Shown here: positions 39,504 to 50,925 of the stretch, one piece after another
Position numbering within the stretch: the stretch's first letter is position 1
Layout of the letters: each line of letters opens with the position of its first letter
Assembly (NCBI GenBank): GCA_965197585.1
Contig: OZ240215.1
Coordinates: forward strand, 1,984,001-2,048,000
DNA from: Dehalococcoidia bacterium
Lineage (GTDB): Bacteria; Chloroflexota; Dehalococcoidia; Plut-88900
Direction of reading: 5' to 3'
Length of the DNA stretch: 64,000 nt
The notes under the pieces: model-generated
Seen by the model: the letters and a program-made list of their open reading frames with translations, nothing else
Told to the model about the DNA's origin: nothing
The model's database searches: none
Made by a program: the position numbers and the translations under genes

Positions 39504-40456
39504 GCGTTTCAGGAATACTAAACCTCCGCAAGCCAATCGATTGCACGTCTTTCGACATGGTGAAGCGTATCAGAAGGCTGTCCGGGGAGAAGAAGGTGGG
39601 CCACGGGGGAACCCTCGACCCCCTGGCCTCGGGGGTGCTGCCCATATGTCTGGGCCGGGCGACCCGGGTGAGTGAGTTTCTAGCCGACTCCAGCAAGACC
39701 TACCGCGCCGTCGTTACCTTTGGCGCCGCCACGGACACCTATGACGCCGAGGGTAAGGTGACCGAGGAAAAGGATGCCACCCACCTTACTCGGGATATGG
39801 TGGAGGAGTCGCTGGGTCCGTTCCGCGGCATCATCATGCAGGAACCCCCTATGTACAGCGCGCTCAAGCACGAGGGCAAGCGTCTCTACGAGCTGGCACG
39901 GGAGGGTATAACGGTGGACCGACCCAAACGTGAGACGGCCGTACACAAGCTGGAAATCATAAGCTGGGACCCGCCCCATGCAACCATATACGTAGACTGC
40001 GGCCGAGGCACGTACGTGCGGTCACTGGCCCATGATATAGGCCAAGACCTGGAGGTGGGGGCGCATCTTACTGAACTCGTGAGGCTGCGTACTGGGCCCT
40101 TCGATATACAGGACTCGGTCACGCCCGAGCAGTTCGAGGAGGCCGTGAACAACGGGCGTTGGGAGGACCTTATTTTCCCGACGGACTTCGCTATGTCCAA
40201 CATGCCCGCAGCAATACTGGACCGGAAGGGAGAGAGGGCCGCAACCAACGGCCAGCCGATCCCAGTCTCCTACCCCGACTACGACAGGATAACCACCGCG
40301 GCGGCACAACTATCGAACGCCTACCGAGAGCCCGGAGAGCTGATCCTCTGCCGAGCCTATTCACTGGACGGCCGTTTTCTCGCCGTGATCTCGGCGCCCA
40401 CGCCCCGGGGCCCGTGGAGCCCCAAGCGGGTCTTCGCCCCGCAGGAAGAGGGCTGA
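39500..40456 (+). CDS. truB: tRNA pseudouridine(55) synthase
   Basis: KVGHGGTLDPLASGVL, PPMYSALK..GKRLYELAR, GTYVRSLAHDIG. Confidence 0.97.
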   Translation: MSVSGILNLRKPIDCTSFDMVKRIRRLSGEKKVGHGGTLDPLASGVLPICLGRATRVSEFLADSSKTYRAVVTFGAATDTYDAEGKVTEEKDATHLTRDMVEESLGPFRGIIMQEPPMYSALKHEGKRLYELAREGITVDRPKRETAVHKLEIISWDPPHATIYVDCGRGTYVRSLAHDIGQDLEVGAHLTELVRLRTGPFDIQDSVTPEQFEEAVNNGRWEDLIFPTDFAMSNMPAAILDRKGERAATNGQPIPVSYPDYDRITTAAAQLSNAYREPGELILCRAYSLDGRFLAVISAPTPRGPWSPKRVFAPQEEG

Positions 40457-40874
40457 GCTTCGCCTTGTTCGCTGGCTCTGAGACCGGGAGCAGGGAAGGG
40501 GAGTCGGGGCGGTTAAACTTGACAGTAAAGGGTGCCATTGCTAAAGTCACAACGAGACAGGCGGCGGTCCAATGGCGGTTGAGAAAGGCACCGGCGCAAG
40601 TAATCGGAGCGGTCCTACAGAGTAAATTTCACAGATCTACCGAATGTCAGGGTCTCGAAGGGCAGGCGGAAAGCATTTCACTACCGATACCGTGCGGCAG
40701 AAACCCGTATACCCTTCCCACCAGCCCGTCTAAGACCAATTACAAGTCCCACTAAATCCCAGCACTTCCGGCTGCCAGGCATGGCCACCCCGAAACCGGG
40801 GACGAGTACAACGCCTGGTTCCGGCCCCAATATCCTCTAGGACAAAGGTTACCGACACCCCACTCGAAAGACCA

Positions 40875-41882
40875 ATGCTTTGGAAGTATGTAGCGTTTCT
40901 TATCGCACTGGCCTTCGTCGCTCCCCTGCCTAGAAGAGCGGGCTATTTTATTGCCCGCATAGTTGCGGACCTGTCCTTCCTGAGCTCAAAGCGCGCCAAG
41001 AAGAACCTCTCCAAAAACTTGCGCAACGTCCTGGGTCCCGATGCCAGTGAAGACCTTGTCAACCACTGCGCCCTGGAAGTGTCCCGCAACATGTCTCGAA
41101 ACATCTTTGACTTGATCAACATGCCGCGTTTGGACCCTCAATCTCTTGAAAAGCCCATTTCTATTAACGGCTGGGAGTACATGGAAGAAGCATTGTCCCG
41201 GGGCAAGGGAGTAGTGCTGGCCTCTATCCACATGGGAAACATGGATATGTCGATCCAGGTGATGAGGGCCCGGGGAGTGGATTTGACCATCATCGCCGAA
41301 GTTGAGGAACCGAAGCAGCTATACCAGCTGACCCACCGCCTGAGAGGGTACAATGGCATATCCATCCTCCCGGTGACTTATTCGGGGATCAAGCAGGCCA
41401 TGAAGAAGCTGCGACAGGGAGAAGTCGTGGCCATAGCCTGTGACCGAGCAATCCAGGGCAGTGGCGAATACCGGGATTTCTTCGGCAAGAAGGCGTTGCT
41501 GCCCATTGGAGGCGTTGAAATGGCGTACCGGACCGGGGCCGCCATACTACCGGCCTTCACAGTAAGGACCGGTGGAAACAGTTTCTCAATGTATTTCGAG
41601 CCACCCATCATTCTCGACCGGCAAGATGGAAAAGCCAAGAGCATTCAGTCGGGGCTAGAAAGGATCGGAGCTCTCATGGAGCAGTACATTTCCCGGCACC
41701 CCGACCAATGGATGGTCTTCGAACCTATCTGGCATGAAGAGTCCTCAGCCCCAAGGAAGACCGCCTCCCTCGGCGACGGTCGGAGAGCTGTGAACGGTGT
41801 AGCCGCCAGGACATCAGACTCCAACGGACGCCGACCCGGGGCCGGGGCTTCAATCCACTCTGTCCCACCCTCAAAGCATTGA
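40875..41882 (+). CDS. Lysophospholipid acyltransferase (PatA/LpxL family)
   Basis: GKGVVL...HMGNMD (HX4D), G.V....DR, FFG..A.LP.G, I..HPDQW. Confidence 0.85.
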   Translation: MLWKYVAFLIALAFVAPLPRRAGYFIARIVADLSFLSSKRAKKNLSKNLRNVLGPDASEDLVNHCALEVSRNMSRNIFDLINMPRLDPQSLEKPISINGWEYMEEALSRGKGVVLASIHMGNMDMSIQVMRARGVDLTIIAEVEEPKQLYQLTHRLRGYNGISILPVTYSGIKQAMKKLRQGEVVAIACDRAIQGSGEYRDFFGKKALLPIGGVEMAYRTGAAILPAFTVRTGGNSFSMYFEPPIILDRQDGKAKSIQSGLERIGALMEQYISRHPDQWMVFEPIWHEESSAPRKTASLGDGRRAVNGVAARTSDSNGRRPGAGASIHSVPPSKH

Positions 41883-43057
41883 ACATAGGATTCGTATCGA
41901 TATATGACTTTGGATATCCCGGAGGAGTAAACCTCCACGTTGCTAACCTTGCAGAGCAGTTCTCGAAGGAGGGGCACCGGGTCCGGATAATTGCACCCTG
42001 CTCCAAGGATACCGACCAATTTGGCAAGGACAAGCTGATCCCGCTCGGCTGGTCGATCCCCCTGCACACCGCCGGCACCACTGCCCGGATCGTCCTGTCC
42101 ATGCGGCTCGCCAACAAGGTCAAGCCGCTCCTTGAACGGGAGAACTTCGACCTGATCCATTACCATGAACCCCTCTGCCCCACCCTTCCCACCACCATCC
42201 TGAGAAACTCCAAGGCCGTCAACGTTGCCACTTTTCATGCCTTCCACGGCGCCCGCAGGATCGTAGGGGTGTCCTGTGCGGACAGGGCATACACGATCTT
42301 CAACAGATACGTCCGGAAGCACTGGCTGAGTCGTCTTCACGCGAAGATAGCGGTCTCCCAGGCAGCGCTGGCATTCGTATCGAGACACTTCCCCGGGGAC
42401 TACACCATCATCCCCAACGGTATAGACCTGGAGAGGTTTCACCCCGACGTAAAGCCCATAGAGCAATTCGACGATGGATATGTGAATATCCTGTTCGTCG
42501 GGAGGATGGAGAAGCGTAAGGGGCTCAAGTACCTGCTCAACGCCTACTCCAAGTTGAAGTGGGACTACCCCAAGATCCGGCTGCTGATAGTCGGGCCGGG
42601 GAATATGGACTCCGATTCCGAAAGAATAATGGGCGAGCGAAGCCTGGCGGACAAGGACGTGAAGGTGATCGGAAACGTGTCCCATGATGAGCTGCCCCGC
42701 TATTACCGGACCGCCGATATCTACTGCTCACCTGCAACCGGCAAGGAGAGCTTCGGCATCGTGCTGCTGGAGGGTATGGCCTCCAGGGCGGCGGTTGTAG
42801 CTTCAGACATCATAGGCTATGCCGGGGTCATTAGCGACGGAGTACAGGGCTTCCTGGTGCCGCCGAAAGACGATGCGGCGTTGGCATCGGCGCTAGCCCG
42901 GCTCATCGAAGACAATGATCTGAGAAAAGCCATGGCTGACCGGGGCCTGGCCCACGTGCAGGAGTTCAGTTGGGACAAGGTGTCCACGCGCGTTATGAGT
43001 GTCTATCAGGACGCCGCGGCCGCGCGCAGGGATGGAGCCCTGTCGACGCCGAACTAG
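41879..43057 (+). CDS. GT4 glycosyltransferase, PimA-like phosphatidylinositol mannosyltransferase
   Basis: YD...PGGV..HV..LA, HYHEP..P, VATFH, ILFVGR.E.RKGL, P.TG.ESFGIVLLEGMA. Confidence 0.8.
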   Translation: MNIGFVSIYDFGYPGGVNLHVANLAEQFSKEGHRVRIIAPCSKDTDQFGKDKLIPLGWSIPLHTAGTTARIVLSMRLANKVKPLLERENFDLIHYHEPLCPTLPTTILRNSKAVNVATFHAFHGARRIVGVSCADRAYTIFNRYVRKHWLSRLHAKIAVSQAALAFVSRHFPGDYTIIPNGIDLERFHPDVKPIEQFDDGYVNILFVGRMEKRKGLKYLLNAYSKLKWDYPKIRLLIVGPGNMDSDSERIMGERSLADKDVKVIGNVSHDELPRYYRTADIYCSPATGKESFGIVLLEGMASRAAVVASDIIGYAGVISDGVQGFLVPPKDDAALASALARLIEDNDLRKAMADRGLAHVQEFSWDKVSTRVMSVYQDAAAARRDGALSTPN

Positions 43058-43114
43058 GCTCATTCGTAACCCTGCCTGCTATAATGCAACGCCACGCGCC
43101 CATGAGACTCCGCT

Positions 43115-43753
43115 ATGAAGAATGATAAAGGCCGTTCGGGCTTCTTCGACACAGCCCGCCTGCGGGACAGGGCAAAAGACTTCCTAACCGAACGGTTCTC
43201 GAACCCCACTGCGCGGGTCTTGTCCGGAGTCGGATTTACACCGAATAAAGTCACCATAGCCGGAGGGTTAATCGCCGTGGCCGCGGGGGCGGTGGCTGCC
43301 AAGGGTCGGCTCCCGGAAGCTGGGGCCCTGGTCCTGGCAGCCGGGGCCCTGGACCTGGTCGACGGTGCGATGGCGAGGTTGACGGGTAAGCAGTCCAAGT
43401 TCGGGGCTGTACTGGATTCAACCTTCGACAGGCTGGGCGAGGCAGCCGTCCTATTCGGCCTGCTGGCCTTGTACAGCGGCCTCGGGCAGACACCCTACGT
43501 GCTGCTAGTATTCGCGGCGATGTTCGGCTCGGTGCTGGTCAGCTACATAAAGGCCCGGGCCGAGGGTGAGGGGATCGACTGCAACGTGGGGCTGCTGTCG
43601 CGGGGGGAGCGGGTGGTGTTAATGGGCCTGGGGCTGTTGATAAACCAGGTCCCCGCCGTGCTCGTGATACTGACCTTCTTTTCGTACGTGACCGCGGCGC
43701 AGCGGCTCTGGCGGGTAAAGAAGGCCACGGAAGAGGCGGCCCAGGACTCCTAG
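43115..43753 (+). CDS. CDP-alcohol phosphatidyltransferase (PgsA1/PIP synthase-like)
   Basis: TPN.VT, DLVDGAMAR...SKFGAVLDSTFDR, VSYIKARAE, RGER. Confidence 0.88.
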   Translation: MKNDKGRSGFFDTARLRDRAKDFLTERFSNPTARVLSGVGFTPNKVTIAGGLIAVAAGAVAAKGRLPEAGALVLAAGALDLVDGAMARLTGKQSKFGAVLDSTFDRLGEAAVLFGLLALYSGLGQTPYVLLVFAAMFGSVLVSYIKARAEGEGIDCNVGLLSRGERVVLMGLGLLINQVPAVLVILTFFSYVTAAQRLWRVKKATEEAAQDS

Positions 43754-44860
43754 CTTGCCGTGCCCGACCCGATCATCGCCATGAGATAGGCATCCAGAAG
43801 CGGGTCAATATCTCCCTCCAGAACGGCCTCCGGATTGGTAGACTCGAAACCCGAGCGATGGTCCTTCACCATCTTGTAGGGGTGCAGAACGTAGGAACGG
43901 ATCTGGTTTCCCCATCCCGTGTCGACGTGCTCACCCTTAAGCCTTGCCTGCTCCTCCGCTTTCTTGTTCAGCTCTATCTCCAGCAGCCGGGCGCGGAGCA
44001 CCTTCATGGCGGCTTCCCGATTCTGGAGCTGGGAGCGTTCGTTTTGGCAGGTCACCACTATGCCCGAGGGCAGGTGGGTAATTCTGACCGCCGTCAGGTT
44101 TTTCTGGACGTGCTGGCCACCGGCGCCGCTGGCCTTGAAGAAGTCGGTCTTAATGTCATCCGGGTCTATGGTTATGTCGATGTCATCCTCGGCCTGGGGC
44201 AGGACTTCAACCAGGGCGAAGGATGTGTGGCGTAGGTGGTCGGCGTCAAAGGGAGAGAGCCTGACGAGGCGGTGGACGCCCCTTTCGGACTTCAGGTAGC
44301 CGTATGCCCAGGCGCCGTCGATCTCCAGCGTCACGCTCTTGATGCCGGCTTCTTCTCCGGGAGAGAGGTCCAGGATACGAGTCGGACGGCCTTTCGCGTC
44401 ACCCCAACGGAGATACATACGCATAAGGGTCTCCGCCCAGTCCTGGGACTCGGTGCCACCGGCCCCGGAGTGGATAGCGACCAATGCAGCGTCGCGGTCG
44501 TACTTTCCGTTCAGGGCGAGGTTGAATTCAAGGCGCTTGAGGCGAGATTGGAGATCAGATATCTCCTCGATGATCTGAGACTCTAGGGAAAGGTCTCCCG
44601 TCTCGACGGAAAGGTCTATGAGCCCGGCGAGGTTGTCTACACTGCTCTCAAGACCACTCCAAAGGGTGATCTCTTCATTGAGCCCGGAGAGGCGGCGCAT
44701 TGTGGACTGGGCGGATCTGGAGTCGTTCCACAAGTCGGGTTTGGACGCCTCTTTCTCCAGTCGCTCTACTTTCAGTTTTTTGCCCTCGATGTCAAAGACG
44801 GTCCAGAAGGTATGCGGTCCTGGCTCGGAGTTGTTCTACCTCTTGTTTTAGTTCTTCCAT
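43750..44860 (-). CDS. prfB: Peptide chain release factor 2 with programmed +1 frameshift
   Basis: SPF and GGQ motifs; upstream ORF MEELKQEVEQLRARTAYLLDRL ends in CTT TGA C (44797-44791) and continues in the +1 frame. Confidence 0.96.
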
Positions 44861-44924
44861 TTCGTTCTCTTCCGAGGGCCCTCTACCCGAAGGGCGAGGG
44901 GAATTTATTGCAATCTTAATTTTA

Positions 44925-45614
44925 TCACTGATTTGCAGGTTCGAACGGCGCTATCCTACCTCCCGCAGCCAGGTGGGCCCGTCTGGTTGGCTCAGGAATA
45001 CGGTATTTACCGACGCACCCAAGGACAATGCGCAGGGCAGACTCTAGGTCAACCTTGTGCCCTATGGATACGAATATGGGCTTGGTCCCGTCTCGGGTCC
45101 TGAGCGCCGCGCCAATAACTTCCTCTCCGTCCTTGAGTTCGGCGCGGGACCCCTTAGCCCGGCCAGGCTCCTCGAACTTACCGGTCAGCCTGGACTTTGC
45201 GCATCCTATGGTGGGTATGTCGAAGAGGAGGCCCAGGTGGCAGGCAATGCCAAAACGCCTCGGGTGGGCGATGCCCTGGCCATCCACCAGCAGTACGTCG
45301 GGGCGAAGCGTAATGCTCTCCAGGACGGGGACCAAGACGGGTATCTCCCGGAAGGAGAGCAGGCCCGGCACGTAGGGGAAAGTGACCTCCGTCCTCGCGA
45401 TCCGGCACTCTACCGTCTCCAGGGTCGGATAGCTCAAGACGACTACAGCCGCCGTGGCCCGTCCATCCGTCCCAACCCCTGAGATATCCAGTCCTGCAAC
45501 GAATCGAGGCTGAAGAACGGTAGGGGTGGTGTTTACTCGGGAGGCCAAGCGGCGTTGGACGGCTGCAGCCTCGGAGGGAGAGAGGGCCCAGGGATGGATA
45601 TCTCGGGCTTTCAC
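44925..45614 (-). CDS. nfi: Endonuclease V
   Basis: VAGLD, FPYVPGLLSFRE, LVDGQGIAHPRRFGIA, IGCAKSRL, YRIPEPTR; start at GTG 45614 inferred. Confidence 0.95.
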   Translation of the reverse strand: MKARDIHPWALSPSEAAAVQRRLASRVNTTPTVLQPRFVAGLDISGVGTDGRATAAVVVLSYPTLETVECRIARTEVTFPYVPGLLSFREIPVLVPVLESITLRPDVLLVDGQGIAHPRRFGIACHLGLLFDIPTIGCAKSRLTGKFEEPGRAKGSRAELKDGEEVIGAALRTRDGTKPIFVSIGHKVDLESALRIVLGCVGKYRIPEPTRRAHLAAGGRIAPFEPANQ

Positions 45615-45794
45615 AGGGGTGATGGTAGCATAGGAAGTGAAACCTGAAGTCTTTTTGAGCAACTAGTGGTAAAATATGCACACGGTATTGATATATTGCT
45701 GCGGGGCGCCGGAGGAAATTGACGCCCCTATAGCCTTGTGTTATATTCCCGCCACTTTCGGGTACGACGTAAGAGCTAATGAGAGGGAATACGC

Positions 45795-46352
45795 ATAGTC
45801 CGAGAATATAAAACCAACGGTAGGATACGAGCACGCGAGATCCTGGTGATCGGGTTGGACAACGAGCAAATCGGCGTTATGCCTGTGCCCGAGGCTATCA
45901 GGATTGCCCGCGAGAGCGGTGTCGATGTCGTGGAGGTATCCCCAAGCGCCGATCCCCCGGTCTGCCGCCTGATGGACTACGGAAAATTCCGTTACGAACA
46001 GGCGAAAAAAGAGCGGGAAGCCAAGAAGACTCAAAAGTCTTCCAGCTTGCGGGAAGTTCGCATGAGAACCCGGATCGGTGAAAGCGACATGCAACGCAAG
46101 ACCAACAAGATCCGCGAGTTTCTAACGGAAGGTGATAAGGTCAAGGTCTCGGTGCAGTTCAGGGGAAGAGAGATGACGCACCCGGAGATCGGGAACCAAC
46201 TCCTTGGCAAAGTTGCGAGATCGCTCTTGGAAACCGCCCGGGTCGAGTCTCCTCCCATATTGGAACGAAGAATGATGAGCATGGTGCTGGTGCCAGGGCG
46301 CAAGGACGTGCCTCGGGCCACCGCCCCACAAACTACAGATGCCAAAGCTTAA
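45795..46352 (+). CDS. infC: Translation initiation factor IF-3, non-canonical ATA start inferred
   Basis: [21 protein letters not shown]...FRGRE; in-frame ATA at 45795, 7 nt after GAGAGGG, adds the typical N.RIRAREI N-terminus. Confidence 0.95.
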   Translation: MVREYKTNGRIRAREILVIGLDNEQIGVMPVPEAIRIARESGVDVVEVSPSADPPVCRLMDYGKFRYEQAKKEREAKKTQKSSSLREVRMRTRIGESDMQRKTNKIREFLTEGDKVKVSVQFRGREMTHPEIGNQLLGKVARSLLETARVESPPILERRMMSMVLVPGRKDVPRATAPQTTDAKA

Positions 46353-46542
46353 AACGCATAAGGGCGCCAAACGGCGCTTCCACATAACAGGTACGGGGAA
46401 AATACTGCGCGCCAAAGGCGGGAAGAGTCATCTCCGGCGAAAGAAGCCCAAACGGGTCAAGCGCCTATATTCCGAGATGCACCCCATTTCCCCCAGCGAC
46501 GTTCGCAAGATAGCCAAGATGCTGCCTTACGGCCTGCCGTAA
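46339..46542 (+). CDS. rpmI: 50S ribosomal protein L35
   Basis: [19 protein letters not shown]. Confidence 0.97.
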   Translation: MPKLKTHKGAKRRFHITGTGKILRAKGGKSHLRRKKPKRVKRLYSEMHPISPSDVRKIAKMLPYGLP

Positions 46543-46596
46543 GACCAGCCTCGACGCTATTCCAGTGCCCATGAAAACCAATTTCGGAGAGTTATA

Positions 46597-46947
46597 TTGC
46601 CACGGGTAAAAGGCGGTCCCACAACCCGACGGAGACACAAGAAAATCCTTAAGCTCACTCGTGGGCATAGGGCTACCAGTAGCACGTTGTTCCGCAGGGC
46701 CAACGAGGCGATGCTGCATGCCCTGAGCTACGCCTACAGGCACCGCAGGGAGAAGAAGCGGGACTTCAGGCGGCTGTGGATTGCCCGTATCAATGCCGCA
46801 GCCCGGAGTGAGGGACTCTCCTATAGCGCATTCATGCACATGCTGAAAAAGCGGGACATCCAGCTAGACCGCAAGACCCTGGCTGACATAGCCCTTCGGG
46901 ACCCGGCGGCATTTTCCAAGCTGGCCGCCGAGGTGCGCGGGGCCTGA
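46597..46947 (+). CDS. rplT: 50S ribosomal protein L20
   Basis: MPRVKGG...YAYRHRREKKRDFRRLWIARINAAAR. Confidence 0.97.
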   Translation: MPRVKGGPTTRRRHKKILKLTRGHRATSSTLFRRANEAMLHALSYAYRHRREKKRDFRRLWIARINAAARSEGLSYSAFMHMLKKRDIQLDRKTLADIALRDPAAFSKLAAEVRGA

Positions 46948-47100
46948 CTTCCTGCCTACCCGTTCGTACTTCGACTGACCAGACTTGGGTGGCTACCGCA
47001 CCCCAGCCCTAAGTTTTATCTCGCCAAGCCCATCACGAGCGACCCGTACCCTGCTAGCTCCAATATTTCAACAGGTCTAGCATGGGGAAGACCGGCTCTA

Positions 47101-47161
47101 TTGACGCCCATAAAGGGTCGTTCTAAAATTGGGTTGCCGCGAGGTATGATTTTTTTCACAA
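47101..47161 (+). promoter_or_regulatory. rex promoter with a putative Rex operator
   Basis: TTGACG-17-TAAAAT; GTATGAT-TTTT-TTCACAA (47144-47161) versus consensus TTGTGAA-N4-TTCACAA. Confidence 0.65.
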
Positions 47162-47242
47162 TCGCCGCAGTACCCGGTCTGCGCGACCTTTTGCGTAGCC
47201 GTTCCCAGACTGTGGTGTAAGAGAGGACTAGGCTGCTCCACC

Positions 47243-47881
47243 ATGGATGGCTCTATACCGGATGTAGTGGTACTGCGGTTACCGCTTTACGTCAGAGCTT
47301 TAACTCAACTCCACGATTCCGGCATCGAGGTTGTCAGTTCTCACGCGCTCGGGGAGAAGCTGCAGATAACGCCGGCCCAGATCCGCAAAGACCTGAGCTA
47401 TTTCGGACGGTTCGGGAAGCAGGGCCGGGGGTACAACGTCGGCTACCTGCTCCGGGAGCTGAGGACTATCATGGGCCTGGACCAGGAATGGAAGGCAGCA
47501 TTGGTCGGGTTGGGGAGGCTGGGCCGGGCGATAATCAGCTACCCCGGTTTTGCCAGGGAGGGCTTCCAGGTCGTGGCAATATTCGACGCTTCTCCCAACG
47601 TCGTGGGCACTGAGCTGGACGGCATCGGCGTGAGGGATATGAGTGACCTGGGGCCCATCATCCGGGACCTGGGGGTCCACATCGGGATCGTGGCTGTTCC
47701 TGAAGAACACGCTCAGAGCGTGGTGGAGCTACTGGTCGAGAGTGGGATCAAGGGAATCCTGAACTACGCGCCGATTTCGCCGCAGGTGCCGGAGGGTGTG
47801 TGGGTCCGCAACATTGACCCGGTGTTATCCCTACAGACTTTGACTTTCCACCTTAAGATGCCCGAAGGGCAGTCTGAGTAG
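47243..47881 (+). CDS. rex: Redox-sensing transcriptional repressor Rex
   Basis: IP.....RLPLY.RAL, AQIRKDLSYFGRFGKQGRGY, VGLGRLGRA, ILNYAP. Confidence 0.96.
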   Translation: MDGSIPDVVVLRLPLYVRALTQLHDSGIEVVSSHALGEKLQITPAQIRKDLSYFGRFGKQGRGYNVGYLLRELRTIMGLDQEWKAALVGLGRLGRAIISYPGFAREGFQVVAIFDASPNVVGTELDGIGVRDMSDLGPIIRDLGVHIGIVAVPEEHAQSVVELLVESGIKGILNYAPISPQVPEGVWVRNIDPVLSLQTLTFHLKMPEGQSE

Positions 47882-47917
47882 CCAAGCCTCTAGGTCTTGG
47901 AACAGCCGGGGATCCGG

Positions 47918-48358
47918 CTATGCTAGGGAAGACGGCGCTCCGCCCCCACCCCGTCTGCGACGCCGTTCCGCTACCTTCACCCTTAGTTGTGACCGCCTGA
48001 TAGCGGCGAGGGCGACAGCCAAGTCTGCATCCGATGCCCCGGTCTTTACCTGCTCCTGGGCACGAGCCAACGCTCGTTCCGCACGCTCCACGTCGATCTC
48101 ATCGGCCCTTTCTGCGGCGTCGGCCAAGACGGTGAGCTTGTTCTGGAACATCTCCAGGAAACCGCCGGTAACGGCTATGGCCACCTCCTCGCTTCCCTTT
48201 TTGATACGCAGTTCACCGGGCTGAAGTGGAGTCAACAGGGGTGCGTGGTTTGGCAATATGCCCAGCTCGCCCAGTTGGCCGGGTGCTACCACCATATCTA
48301 CTTCGTCGGAGTAGACCCGACGCTCGGCGGTGAGTATTTCGAATTGAAGAGGCGCCAT
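47918..48358 (-). CDS. atpC: ATP synthase F1 epsilon subunit
   Basis: GELGILPNHAPL, GGFLE, DEIDVERA. Confidence 0.96.
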   Translation of the reverse strand: MAPLQFEILTAERRVYSDEVDMVVAPGQLGELGILPNHAPLLTPLQPGELRIKKGSEEVAIAVTGGFLEMFQNKLTVLADAAERADEIDVERAERALARAQEQVKTGASDADLAVALAAIRRSQLRVKVAERRRRRGGGGAPSSLA

Positions 48359-48373
48359 TTAGGTTCTCGCCTT

Positions 48374-49783
<1,410 letters not shown>

Positions 49784-49798
49784 TCATTATCATTTCGA

Positions 49799-50026
49799 TT
49801 AAGACCTGTGGGAGTAGTGCTTCTTGCCTTCAAATATTCTGGTGATAACCGATCCCGAGGATTCCAACGATTGCAACGCCTTGTGAAAGTCGACATCCTT
49901 CAGGTCCATCAAACCCCCGGTCTTCCGACCCCTGACTCTCGTGGCCAAGGAGCCGGGATCGAAGGCCTGGGTCTGGTTGTCGGCCAGGTAGCCTGCTATT
50001 TCTTTTAGCCAACGCTGAACGCTCAT
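49799..50026 (-). CDS. Small hypothetical protein between atpG and atpD
   Basis: 75-aa ATG ORF filling the atpG-atpD gap on the operon strand; helix plus beta-hairpin pattern suggests a winged helix. Confidence 0.55.
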   Translation of the reverse strand: MSVQRWLKEIAGYLADNQTQAFDPGSLATRVRGRKTGGLMDLKDVDFHKALQSLESSGSVITRIFEGKKHYSHRS

Positions 50027-50042
50027 AGGGGAGTTGCCGTTG

Positions 50043-50906
50043 CTATCCTCCCAGGGCCACGACGCCGCCGGTTATGTCCAGAAGCTCGTTGGTGATCATC
50101 TCCTGTCGGACCTTGTTATATATCAGGGTCAGGTCCTGAATCATATCGTCCGCGTTGTCCGTTGCACTGCGCATCGCCACCATGCGGGCCGACTGCTCAC
50201 TGGCTATGGACTCAAGCACGGCGTGGTAGACCTGCATCTCCACGAAGCGAGGCAGGAGCTCGCTGAGGGCGGTGGCGCTGTCGGGTTCGTAAATATAGCC
50301 CGCCTGCTTCATTCCCTCTATCTTGGCGGGTTCCACCGGGAGGATCTGTCTCATAACGGGGGTCTGGTTGGTTGTGGTAACAAACCGGCTGTACGCTAGA
50401 TAGACCTTATCCACTCTCGCGTCCGAGTACTCATCGATGATAATCCGGGCGATGGGCAGGATGTCCAAGACACCCGGCCTGTCCCCCAAGTCCGAGAATA
50501 CGGCCTTTATATCCCGTCCGAAGCGGCCCATGAAGTCGCGGCCTTTCTTTCCGACGGTTACCATGGACACGGAAGCGCCGTTGGAGCCAAGGATGAAGCT
50601 GCTGGTGGACCTATTCACGTTGGCATTCAGGCCACCGCAGAGTCCCCTGTCGGGGGTTATGTGGACTACCGAAATCCGGTCTCCCTCCCGCTTCTGGAGC
50701 AGGGGTTGGACCACGTCGTCCTCGGAGGGCTGAGAGGCGAGATGGCTGAGGATTTCGGCCATCTTCTCGGCGTAGGGCCTGGCAGCGAGGACCCGGTCCT
50801 GGGCGCGCTTCATCTTGGAAGCCGCGACCATCTCCATGGCCTTGGTTATCTTGGCAGTGTTTTCGACACTGCGGATTCTTGTTCGAATTTCCCTGGTGCT
50901 GGGCAA
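50043..50906 (-). CDS. atpG: ATP synthase F1 gamma subunit
   Basis: KITKAMEMVAASK, DRGLCGGLN, ASEQSARMVAM..ATDNA, RQEMITNEL. Confidence 0.97.
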   Translation of the reverse strand: MPSTREIRTRIRSVENTAKITKAMEMVAASKMKRAQDRVLAARPYAEKMAEILSHLASQPSEDDVVQPLLQKREGDRISVVHITPDRGLCGGLNANVNRSTSSFILGSNGASVSMVTVGKKGRDFMGRFGRDIKAVFSDLGDRPGVLDILPIARIIIDEYSDARVDKVYLAYSRFVTTTNQTPVMRQILPVEPAKIEGMKQAGYIYEPDSATALSELLPRFVEMQVYHAVLESIASEQSARMVAMRSATDNADDMIQDLTLIYNKVRQEMITNELLDITGGVVALGG

Positions 50907-50925
50907 AGCAGTTTCTCGTCCCGGA

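Noticed and set aside
40775-40820. c-di-GMP-I riboswitch-like GAAA hairpin followed by GGGACG
   Set aside because: Lacks the GCAAA elements and the P3 tetraloop receptor
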